Shown: positions 1-9,461 of the stretch, piece after piece | Layout: every line of letters starts with the position of its first letter | Numbering within the stretch: position 1 is the stretch's first letter | DNA from: Thermodesulfobacteriota bacterium | GTDB taxonomy: Bacteria; DASVDK01 | Length of the DNA: 10,224 bases | Direction of reading: 5' to 3' | Assembly (NCBI GenBank): GCA_036381125.1 | Contig: DASVDK010000382.1 | Location: 1-10,224, forward strand | Notes under the pieces: generated by a model | Database searches by the model: none | What the model was told of the DNA's origin: nothing | The model's input: the letters and a program-made list of their open reading frames with translations, nothing else | Made by a program: the position numbers and the translations under genes

Positions 1-1112
<1,112 letters not shown>

Positions 1113-2334
1113 ATGCCCTTCGAGCTGTTCGTCGGGCTGCGCTATCTCAAGGCGAAGCGGAAGCAGACCTTCATCTCGGTCATCACCATCATCTCGATGG
1201 GCGGCATCGCCCTCGGCGTGGCGGCGCTCCTCATCGTCATCTCCGTCATGAGCGGCTTCCAGGAGGACATCCGGCAGAAGATCCTCGGGATGACGGCGCA
1301 CATCCAGCTCTTCCCCTTCGAGCGTGGGCTCCCGCGCGGCGCCGAGGTCGCCGACGCCGTCGAAACGGTGCCGGGCGTGGTGGCGGCCGCGCCGTTCATC
1401 GTGAACCAGGTGATGCTCTCGACCCCCGCGTCCGTGACCGGCGCCGTCGTCTACGGCATCGACCCGGCGCGCACCGCCCGAGTGACGAACCTCGCGCAGA
1501 TCATGCGGGAAGGGTCGCTCGACGACCTGCGCGAGGGGGACATCGTGCTCGGGGCCGAGCTGGCACAGGTGCTCGGCGTCGTCCCGGGCAGCCGGGTGAA
1601 CGTGGTGTCGCCGACCGGCCAGCTCTCGCCGATCGGGATGGTGCCGCGCGCCCGGAGCTTCCGCGTGGTGGGGATCTTCCGCGCGGGCAACTACGAGTAC
1701 GACAGCGGCCTGGCCTACATCACGATCGCCGACGCGCAGCGCTTCTTCGACATGGAGGATCGCGTCACCGGCGTGGAGATCCGGGTCGAGGACATCTACG
1801 GGACCGGCCGGGTGAAGGAGGCCATCGAGGCGTCGCCCGCGGTGGACGCGGCCGTCGGGGGGCCGTTCCTCACGCGCGACTGGCAGGAGCGCAACCGGAA
1901 CCTCTTCTCGGCGCTCAAGCTCGAGAAGACCGCGATGTTCGTCATCCTCACGCTCATCATCCTCGTGGCGGCCTTCAACATCGTGAGCACGCTCATCATG
2001 GTCGTCATGGAGAAGCACAAGGACATCGCCATCCTCAAGTCCATGGGGGCGACCTCGCGCAGCGTCATGCGGATCTTCGTCCTCGAGGGGGCGATCATCG
2101 GCGTCGTCGGCACCGCCGTGGGCCTCCTGCTCGGCGTGCTCGGCTGCGAGCTGCTCAAGCGCTACGAGTTCGTCCGGCTCGACCCGACGGTCTACATGCT
2201 GAGCACGCTGCCGGCGCAGGTGGAGTGGCCGAACGTGGTCCTCATCGCCGCCGCCTCGCTGAGCATCAGCGCCCTGGCCACGATCTACCCCGCCTGGCAG
2301 GCGGCGCGCCTCGATCCGGTCGAGGCCATCCGGT

Positions 2335-2342
<8 letters not shown>
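1113..2342 (+). CDS. lolE: Lipoprotein-releasing ABC transporter permease, LolC/E family (single permease, LolF-like), 409 aa
   Basis: N-terminal [17 protein letters not shown]1 ([23 protein letters not shown]), a large periplasmic domain with the hook-like [58 protein letters not shown], and C-terminal [18 protein letters not shown]. It lies next to lolD. The sequence alone does not settle LolC versus LolE versus LolF. Confidence 0.93.
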
Positions 2343-3071
<729 letters not shown>

Positions 3072-3075
<4 letters not shown>

Positions 3076-5420
3076 TCCGGCTGCCGCGACGAGGGCGGGC
3101 GATCGGCGTCGTCGTGCTCCTCCTCACGGTGGCCGCCTGGCTCGCGGCCGCGCCGGGCCACGCCGGCGAGGCGGGGCCCGCGGCCTCGCCCTCCCCGGAG
3201 GCGGGCGGCGCGCAGATGCCGGTGGCCGAGGTGGTCATCCGCGGCAACCGGCGGATCGAGGAGGCCGTCATCCGCACCCGCATCCGGACGCGGGAGGGCG
3301 AGCCGCTGTCGGCCGCCACGGTCCGCAACGACGTGAAGTCGCTCTACCAGCTCGGCTTCTTCGAGGACGTCCGGGTCGAGGTGACGCCGTCGGCCGAGGG
3401 CCCCGTCGTCGCCTTCGTCGTCGTCGAGCGCCCCCAGATCGCGGGGATCGTGCTCGAAGGCCGCGAGGAGGTCTCGGAGGAGGACGTCCGCGCGGCGATC
3501 ACCGTCAGGCCGAACACGCTGGCCGACCCGGCCGCCATCCAGGCATCGGTCCTCCAGGTGAAGGCGCTCTACACCGACAAGGGCTTCCTCGACGCGACGG
3601 TGTCGACGCGGCTCGACCCCCAGCCGGGCGACCGGGTGAACCTCGTCTTCGTCATCGACGAGGGGAAGAAGGTCCCGGTCCGGACGATCGAGTTCGAGGG
3701 GAACACCGCCTTCTCCGATCGGAAGCTGCGCGGGGTCATCGACACGAGCGAGAAAGGCTTCTGGTCCTGGATCACCGGCAGCGGCGTCCTCAAGTCGGAC
3801 GCCCTCGAGCGCGACCAGCAGCTCCTGACGCAGTTCTACCTCGACCGCGGCTACGCGAACGTGCGGGTGGGGCGGCCGACGATCACCCGGGAGGCCGACG
3901 GGCTCAAGCTGACCTTTCCGATCAGCGAAGGCCCCCGGTTCAACATCGGCACCATCGGCTTCCGCGGGGAGCTCATCGAGAGCGAGGAGAAGCTCCGCGA
4001 GCGGCTCGTGACCGAGCCGGGCAGCCTCTTCAAGGCGTCGAACCTCCGCAGGGACATCGACACGCTCACCACCGTCTACGCCGACCACGGGTACGCCTTC
4101 GCCGCCGTCACGCCGAACACCCGGGTCGACGCCGAGCGGAAGGTCATCGACGTGACGTTCGAGCTGACGAAGAACCAGCAGGTCCGCTTCGGCGAGATCA
4201 ACATCACCGGCAACGTCCAGACCCGCGACAAGGTCATCCGCCGGGAGCTACGGATCGCCGAAGGCGAGCAGTACAGCGCCACGGGCCTCGCCAGGAGCCG
4301 CCAGCGGGTCCGCGCGCTCGGCTACTTCCGGGACGTCCGGATGACGACGACCCCGGTACCCGGCACGAACCAGGAGGTCGTGGACGTCGACGTGCAGGTC
4401 GACGAGCAGCCGACCGGCCAGTTCACGTTCGGCGCCGGCTTCTCCAGCGAGGAGGCCTTCTCGCTCCTCGTGCAGCTCCAGCAGTCCAACCTCTTCGGCC
4501 GCGGCCAGCGGGCGGCGCTCGCCGGGCGCTTCGGCACGCGCACCATCGCGTACGACTTCTCGTTCACGGAGCCGTACTTCCTCGACACCCCGCTCTCGGT
4601 CGGCGTCGACGTCTTCGACATCGATCGGGAGTACACCGACTTCGACCGCAAGAGCAGCGGCGGGGCGCTGCGCCTCGGCTACCCCCTGTCGGACACCTGG
4701 CGGGTCGGCCTGGCCTACAAGCTCGAGCTGATCACCATCCGGAACGTGGAGGAGACGGTCACCTCCCCGGTCATCCTCGAGCAGGCGGCGCTCGGTCAGG
4801 TCACGTCGAGCGGGCTCACCTTCACGCTTCGCCACGACGGGCGCGACTACCCGATCGACCCCACGAAGGGCGACCTCACGACGCTCACGGCGGAGGTCAC
4901 GGGCGGGCCGTTCGGCGGCAACGTGGAGATCTACAGGCTGGAGGGCTCGTCGCGGTGGTACTTTCCCCTCGGCTTCTGGGGGCTCGTCGGCTCGCTCAAC
5001 GGCACGATTGGGCACGTGGACAGCCTCGAGGGGGGCCCGGTCCCGCTCTTCGAGCGGTACTTTCTCGGTGGGATCAACACGATCCGAGGCTACCGGGCCC
5101 GCAGCGTCGGCCCGCAGGACCCGCCGGGGTCGGGCACGGTCATCGGCGGCGAGACGGCCGTCTTCTTCAACAGCGAGATCCTGGTGCCGCTCTTTCCCGA
5201 CTCCGGCGCGGGTCTGAAGGCCCTGGTCTTCTTCGATGCGGGCAACGCGTTCGACCGGGGGGAGAGCTTCTCGTTCGGCGACCTCAAGAAGTCCGTGGGC
5301 TTCGGGTTCCGCTGGCTGTCGCCCCTCGGGCCGATCCGCCTCGAGTTCGGCTATCCTCTCGACATCGAGCCGGGCGATCGGAAGGAGACCGTGCAGTTCA
5401 CGCTCGGGGCACCGTTCTAG
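3072..5420 (+). CDS. bamA: Outer membrane protein assembly factor BamA (Omp85), 782 aa
   Basis: The GTG start overlaps the lolD TGA (GTGA). There is a Sec signal peptide (basic N-terminus, hydrophobic core, ...APGHA), POTRA-type repeats ([49 protein letters not shown]), barrel strand 1 [23 protein letters not shown], the loop-6 motif IRGY, and C-terminal [13 protein letters not shown]...VQFTLGAPF ending in Phe. Confidence 0.98.
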
Positions 5421-5421
5421 C

Positions 5422-5482
5422 CGTGCCGAGCTGTCCGCCTGGCGAGATCGCGCCGGCTCACTGCGCGGCCCCGCTCGGCGCG
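5422..5482 (+). other. Predicted extended stem-loop directly after the bamA stop (no U-tract)
   Basis: CGTGCCGAGC (5422-5431) pairs with GCTCGGCGCG (5473-5482), giving 9 Watson-Crick pairs and 1 G-U. Nested inside are CCGC 5435-5438 with GCGG 5465-5468, and CTGGCG 5439-5444 with CGCCGG 5451-5456 closing an AGATCG loop. Paired by eye, not computed. Confidence 0.45.
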
Positions 5483-5523
5483 TGGTGCATCAGACGCGCA
5501 CCAGGATTCGACACACAGCCCGG

Positions 5524-5529
5524 AAGGAG
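5524..5529 (+). promoter_or_regulatory. Shine-Dalgarno site for skp
   Basis: AAGGAG lies 6 nt upstream of the ATG at 5536. Confidence 0.8.
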
Positions 5530-5535
5530 TCGATC

Positions 5536-6096
5536 ATGTCCCGTCACGTCCGTGCCTTCCCGTCACTCGTAGTGCTCGTGACCGCGCTCGCGCTCATCGG
5601 CGCGGCGTACGCCGAGCAGGCGTCGTCGGCGACGACCGGCGAGGTCCGGATCGGCTACGTCGACCTCCAGCGGGCCATCTTCACCTCGAACGCGGGCAAG
5701 GAGGCGCGCCGGACCCTCGACGAGCGGACGGAGAAGCTCAAGAAGGAGTTCGAGCGCAGGCAGGAGGAGCTCAGGGCCGCGCAGGCCGAGTTCGTCAAGC
5801 AGAGCGCGGTCCTGTCGGCCGACGCGCGGGCCGAGAAGGAGCGTGAGCTGCAGCGGCGGCTGCGCGACCTCGAGCGGCTCAAGCAGGACTCCGAGGACGA
5901 GCTGAGCCGCCGCGACGCGGAGCTCTCCAAGCGGATCCTCGGCGAGGTCCGCGAGGTCGTGCGGCAGATCGGGGGCAAGGGCAACTACACCCTCATCCTC
6001 GAGCGCAACGCGGCCGGCGTCCTCTACGCCGCCTCCGGCGTGGACCTGACCGAGGAGGTCATCAAGGCGTACAACGCCTCGAAGTCCGGCAAGTAG
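5536..6096 (+). CDS. skp: Periplasmic chaperone Skp/OmpH, 186 aa (true start 5536, not 5236)
   Basis: There is an SD and ATG at 5536, then signal peptide MSRHVRAFPSLVVLVTALALIGAAYA. The mature part has RIGYVDLQRAI, a long charged coiled-coil, and C-terminal GNYTLILE...VLYA...DLTEEVIKAYN. It sits in the canonical position between bamA and lpxD. Confidence 0.95.
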   Translation: MSRHVRAFPSLVVLVTALALIGAAYAEQASSATTGEVRIGYVDLQRAIFTSNAGKEARRTLDERTEKLKKEFERRQEELRAAQAEFVKQSAVLSADARAEKERELQRRLRDLERLKQDSEDELSRRDAELSKRILGEVREVVRQIGGKGNYTLILERNAAGVLYAASGVDLTEEVIKAYNASKSGK

Positions 6097-6100
6097 GAGG
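6095..6100 (+). promoter_or_regulatory. Shine-Dalgarno site for lpxD, overlapping the skp stop
   Basis: AGGAGG at 6095-6100 lies 5 nt before the ATG at 6106. Confidence 0.8.
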
Positions 6101-6105
6101 CCTCC

Positions 6106-7155
6106 ATGCTGACCGCTCGGGAGGTCGCGTCGCGAGTCGGGGCGCGGGTCGTCGGCGACGAGTCGCGGCCGCTCGCCGGCGTCGCGCCCATCGAGGCGGC
6201 CGAGGCGTCGGACCTCGCGTTCCTGGCCAACCCGAAGTACGCCGGCTACCTCGCGACCACGCGCGCGGGCGCCGTCATCGTCGCGCCGGGGCACCTGCCG
6301 GCCGACGCGGCGGGTCGCACGTTCCTCGTGGCCGACGACCCGTACCTGGCCTTCGCGCTGGCCCTCGGGGTCTTCCACCCGCCGCGCCGGCCGACGCCCG
6401 GCGTCCACCCCACCGCCTGGGTGGACCCCACGGCCGTGCTCGGCGAGGGGGTCACGGTGGGGCCGCTCTCGTCGATCGGACCGCGGTGCCGCGTCGGCGC
6501 CGGCGCCTGGCTCGTCTCGGGCGTGCATCTCGGCGAGGGGGTGGAGATCGGCGACGAGACGACCCTCCACCCGCACGTGACGGTCTACGCCGACTGCCGC
6601 ATCGGCAGCCGGGTCATCGTGCACGCGGGCACCGTGATCGGGTCGGACGGCTTCGGCTTCGCCCGCACGCCGCGGGGCGCCGTCAAGGTGCCGCAGGTGG
6701 GGCGGGTGGTGATCGAGGACGACGTCGAGATCGGCGCGAACTGCGCCATCGACCGCGCAACCCTCGGCGAGACGCGCATCGGGCGCGGCGTGAAGATCGA
6801 CAACCTCGTCCAGATCGGGCACAACGTCCAGGTCGGACCGGGGACGGTCGTCGTCGCCCAGGCGGGCATCTCGGGCAGCACGAAGGTGGGACGAGGCGTC
6901 ACCATTGCCGGGCAGGCGGGGCTCGTCGGCCACGTCGAGGTCGGCGACGGCGTGATCGTCACCGCCCAGACGGGCGTGACCAACGACGTGCCGGCGGGCC
7001 AGGTCGTCTCCGGCTCGCCGCACCGTCCCCACGGCGAGTGGAAGCGGATCATGGCGGCCATGGCCGACCTGCCGGGCCTGCGCCAGCGCGTGAAGGCGCT
7101 CGAGCGGCGCGTCGGCACGTCGGCAGCCGCGGAGAAGGAGGCGACCGGTGAGTAG
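6106..7155 (+). CDS. lpxD: UDP-3-O-(3-hydroxyacyl)glucosamine N-acyltransferase, 349 aa
   Basis: N-terminal uridine-binding domain (LAFLANPKY, DPYLAFA), hexapeptide left-handed beta-helix repeats, IGSDGFGF, KVPQVGRVVIEDDVEIGANCAIDRA, and KIDNLVQIGHNV carrying the catalytic His. Confidence 0.98.
   Translation: MLTAREVASRVGARVVGDESRPLAGVAPIEAAEASDLAFLANPKYAGYLATTRAGAVIVAPGHLPADAAGRTFLVADDPYLAFALALGVFHPPRRPTPGVHPTAWVDPTAVLGEGVTVGPLSSIGPRCRVGAGAWLVSGVHLGEGVEIGDETTLHPHVTVYADCRIGSRVIVHAGTVIGSDGFGFARTPRGAVKVPQVGRVVIEDDVEIGANCAIDRATLGETRIGRGVKIDNLVQIGHNVQVGPGTVVVAQAGISGSTKVGRGVTIAGQAGLVGHVEVGDGVIVTAQTGVTNDVPAGQVVSGSPHRPHGEWKRIMAAMADLPGLRQRVKALERRVGTSAAAEKEATGE
7135..7141 (+). promoter_or_regulatory. 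Shine-Dalgarno site for fabZ, inside the lpxD 3' end
   Basis: AAGGAGG at 7135-7141 lies 6 nt before the GTG at 7148. Confidence 0.75.
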
Positions 7156-7606
7156 CAGCGAGGCCCCGGACTTCAAGGAGCTCCTGAGGATCCTTCCGCA
7201 CCGCTACCCGTTCCTGCTCGTCGATCGCATCGTCTCGGTCGAGCCGGGCAAGCGGGTCGTGGCGATCAAGAACGTCACGGTGAACGAGCCGTTCTTCCAG
7301 GGGCACTTCCCGGGTCACCCCATCATGCCCGGGGTCCTCCTCTGCGAGGCGATGGCCCAGGCCGGCGGCGTGCTCGTCTTCCAGACCGACCCGGAGCGGA
7401 TGCAGCGGTATCTCGTCTACCTGGCCGGGCTCGACAACGTGAAGTTCCGCCGGCCGGTCGTGCCGGGCGATCAGGTGCGGCTCGAACTCGAGGTCCTCAA
7501 GCGCCGGACGCCGCTCTGGCGCTTCAAGGGTCAGGCGATGGTCGGCGAGGCCCTCGCCGCGGAGGCCGAGATCCTCGTGTCGGAGACCGAGGCCACCCGG
7601 GGCTAG
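7148..7606 (+). CDS. fabZ: 3-hydroxyacyl-ACP dehydratase FabZ, 152 aa
   Basis: LPHRYPFLLVDRI, KNVTVNEPFFQGHFPGHPIMPGVLLCEAMAQ (catalytic His/Glu) and KFRRPVVPGDQ. It overlaps lpxD by 8 bp (GTGAGTAG). Confidence 0.98.
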   Translation: MSSSEAPDFKELLRILPHRYPFLLVDRIVSVEPGKRVVAIKNVTVNEPFFQGHFPGHPIMPGVLLCEAMAQAGGVLVFQTDPERMQRYLVYLAGLDNVKFRRPVVPGDQVRLELEVLKRRTPLWRFKGQAMVGEALAAEAEILVSETEATRG

Positions 7607-7619
7607 CCGTGGCCGGACC

Positions 7620-7652
7620 CCCATCGGCCTCCGCGATCGTCGGGCCGATGGG
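7620..7652 (+). other. Strong inverted repeat/hairpin in the fabZ-lpxA spacer (no U-tract)
   Basis: CCCATCGGCC (7620-7629) is the exact reverse complement of GGCCGATGGG (7643-7652). A U7630-G7642 wobble extends the stem, leaving an 11-nt loop. Confidence 0.6.
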
Positions 7653-7709
7653 CACCCGGGCGCGGGCCCTGGGCCTGCGGCGCCGGGGTGGCCGCGTTAC
7701 GCTTGGAGA

Positions 7710-7715
7710 GAGGAG
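7710..7715 (+). promoter_or_regulatory. Shine-Dalgarno site for lpxA
   Basis: A purine run GGAGAGAGGAG (7705-7715) ends 4 nt before the GTG at 7720. Confidence 0.7.
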
Positions 7716-7719
7716 CGAC

Positions 7720-8496
7720 GTGAGCGCCATCCACCCCACGGCGGTGATCGACGCGAGGGCCGAGATCGGCCGCGATGTCGAGATCGGTCCCTACGCGATC
7801 GTCGGCCCGGACGTCACCATCGGCGACGGCACGGTCCTCATGCCGCACGCGGTCGTCGAGCGGTGGACCCGCGTCGGCCGGCGCTGCCGCATCCATCCCT
7901 TCGCGGTGCTCGGGGGGGCGCCGCAGGACCTCAAGTACAGGGGCGAGGAGACGTGGCTCGAGGTGGGCGACGAGACGGTCGTCCGCGAGGCGGCGACGCT
8001 GAACCGCGGCACCGTCGGCGGCATCGGCAAGACCGTGGTCGGCCGCCGCTGCCTGCTCATGGCCTACTCGCACGTGGCTCACGACTGCGTGCTCGGCGAC
8101 AACGTGATCCTCGCCAACGCCGCCACGCTGGCCGGCCACGTCACGGTCGAGGACCACGTGATCCTCGGCGGCCTCGCCGCGGTCCAGCAGTTCGCGCGGC
8201 TCGGCGCCCACAGCTTCATCGGCGGCACGTCGGGCGTGAACCAGGACGTGGCGCCCTACATGCTCGTGTCGGGCGTCCCGGCCTCGAACCGGGGGCTCAA
8301 CCTCGTCGGCCTCAAGCGGCGCGGCTTCTCGGAGGAGACGATCCGCGCGCTCAAGCGCGCGTACCAGACGATCTTCCGCAGCGGCACGACCCTCGCGAAG
8401 GCGCTCGAGCAGGTGAGGGCCGAGCTGGCGGACGTGCCGGAGGTCGTGCGGCTGGTGGAGTTCATCGAGACCTCGAAGATCGGGGTCTGCCGGTGA
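7720..8496 (+). CDS. lpxA: Acyl-ACP--UDP-N-acetylglucosamine O-acyltransferase, 258 aa (start 7720 preferred to 7609)
   Basis: An SD precedes the GTG at 7720, which gives the canonical N-terminus MSAIHPTAVID. The protein has hexapeptide repeats, PQDLKY, NRGT, MAYSHVAHDC (catalytic His), LAGHV, QDVAPY and GLNLVGLKRRGF. Confidence 0.97.
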   Translation: MSAIHPTAVIDARAEIGRDVEIGPYAIVGPDVTIGDGTVLMPHAVVERWTRVGRRCRIHPFAVLGGAPQDLKYRGEETWLEVGDETVVREAATLNRGTVGGIGKTVVGRRCLLMAYSHVAHDCVLGDNVILANAATLAGHVTVEDHVILGGLAAVQQFARLGAHSFIGGTSGVNQDVAPYMLVSGVPASNRGLNLVGLKRRGFSEETIRALKRAYQTIFRSGTTLAKALEQVRAELADVPEVVRLVEFIETSKIGVCR

Positions 8497-9461
8497 CCGG
8501 TCCGCTCCGCGTCGCGGTCGTCGGCGCGGGGTACCTCGGCGCCTTCCACGCCGAGAAGTACGCGGCGTTGCCGGACGTTCGCCTCGTGGCGCTCGTCGAT
8601 CCCGACACGGCGCGCGCCGGCCGCGCGGCCGAGCGGGCGAGGAAGGCCGGGCCGGCCGCGGCGGACGTGCGGGTGGCGGCCGACCTTGCCGAGGTCCTGG
8701 GCGAGATCGACGCCGCGTCGGTGGCCGTGCCGACGCACCTCCACCACGCCGTGGCGGTCCGCTGCCTCGAGGCGGGGGTGGACGTGCTCATCGAGAAGCC
8801 GATGACGACGACCACCGACGAGGCGCGCGACCTGATCGCCCGGGCGGCCCGCAGCGGCCGGGTCCTGGCCGTCGGGCACCTCGAGCGCTTCAACCCCGCG
8901 GTGGCGGCGCTCGGCGAGATCCTCGACGAGCCGATGTTCGTCGAGGTGCACCGGCTCGGCGTGTTCAGCGAGCGGGGGACCGACGTCGACGTCGTGCGCG
9001 ACCTCATGATCCACGACCTCGACGTCGTGCTCACCTTCGTCCACGCCCCGCTCGTCGAGGTGCGGGCCGTCGGCGTGCCGGTGATCGCGCGGACGGTCGA
9101 CATCGCCAACGCGCGGCTCGAGTTCGGCAACGGCTGCGTGGCGAACGTCACGGCGTCCCGGGTCTCGCGCGAGCGGATGCGGAAGATCCGGTTCTTCCAG
9201 AGGGACCTGTACGTGTCGGTCGACTACCAGGCGCAGCAGCTGACGCTGGTGCGCCGGCTCCCTCCGGAGAGACCGGACGACCTGCCGGAGATCGTCGGCG
9301 AGCAGCGGGCGCTGCCCCGCCGGGATGCGCTGGCCGACGAGGTGGCGGCCTTCGTGGCGGCCGTGCGCACCCGCGGGCGGCCGCCCGTGTCCGGCGAGGA
9401 CGGGCTCAGGGCGCTCGAGGCGGCCGAGCGGATCGTCGACGCCATGCGGCGCTATGCCTAG
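8493..9461 (+). CDS. gnnA: Gfo/Idh/MocA family NAD-dependent oxidoreductase, probable UDP-GlcNAc 3-dehydrogenase GnnA, 322 aa (start 8493, not 7863)
   Basis: The GTG at 8493 overlaps the lpxA TGA (GTGA). Motifs are Rossmann VAVVGAGYLG, AVPTHLH, VLIEKP, VGHLERFNPA, DVDVVRDLMIHDLD and DIANARLEF...ANVTASRVS. The family call is firm. The GnnA function is inferred from its position between lpxA and lpxB, where gnnA lies in Acidithiobacillus ferrooxidans. Confidence 0.85.
   Translation: MTGPLRVAVVGAGYLGAFHAEKYAALPDVRLVALVDPDTARAGRAAERARKAGPAAADVRVAADLAEVLGEIDAASVAVPTHLHHAVAVRCLEAGVDVLIEKPMTTTTDEARDLIARAARSGRVLAVGHLERFNPAVAALGEILDEPMFVEVHRLGVFSERGTDVDVVRDLMIHDLDVVLTFVHAPLVEVRAVGVPVIARTVDIANARLEFGNGCVANVTASRVSRERMRKIRFFQRDLYVSVDYQAQQLTLVRRLPPERPDDLPEIVGEQRALPRRDALADEVAAFVAAVRTRGRPPVSGEDGLRALEAAERIVDAMRRYA

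Noticed and set aside
5236..5535. 100-aa N-terminal extension of Skp in the ORF track
   Set aside because: It overlaps the bamA 3' end and would bury the signal peptide. The ATG at 5536 has a clear SD.
7604..7652. Pyrrolysine/PYLIS-type recoding of the fabZ UAG
   Set aside because: FabZ is complete at the UAG, and TAG ends most genes in this window, including bamA at its required terminal Phe.
5421..7680. Rho-independent terminators at the spacer hairpins
   Set aside because: No U-tract follows the hairpins on either strand.
7675..7703. Possible sigma-70 promoter before lpxA (TACGCT at 7698-7703)
   Set aside because: The -10 match is only 3 of 6 and the -35 (CTGCGG) is poor. It cannot be supported without transcription start data.
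7609..7719. 37-aa N-terminal extension of LpxA as the primary start
   Set aside because: LpxA homology begins at SAIHPTA, and the GTG at 7720 has an SD. The extension is kept only as a low-interest finding.
6400..8240. Periodic ATCGGC/GTCGGC-like repeats in lpxD and lpxA
   Set aside because: They encode the hexapeptide beta-helix repeats of these acyltransferases. They are not CRISPR or tandem DNA repeats.
7863..8492. Apparent 532-aa protein with a 210-aa N-terminal domain fused to the oxidoreductase
   Set aside because: The extension is an off-frame read of lpxA. The Rossmann fold starts just after the GTG at 8493.
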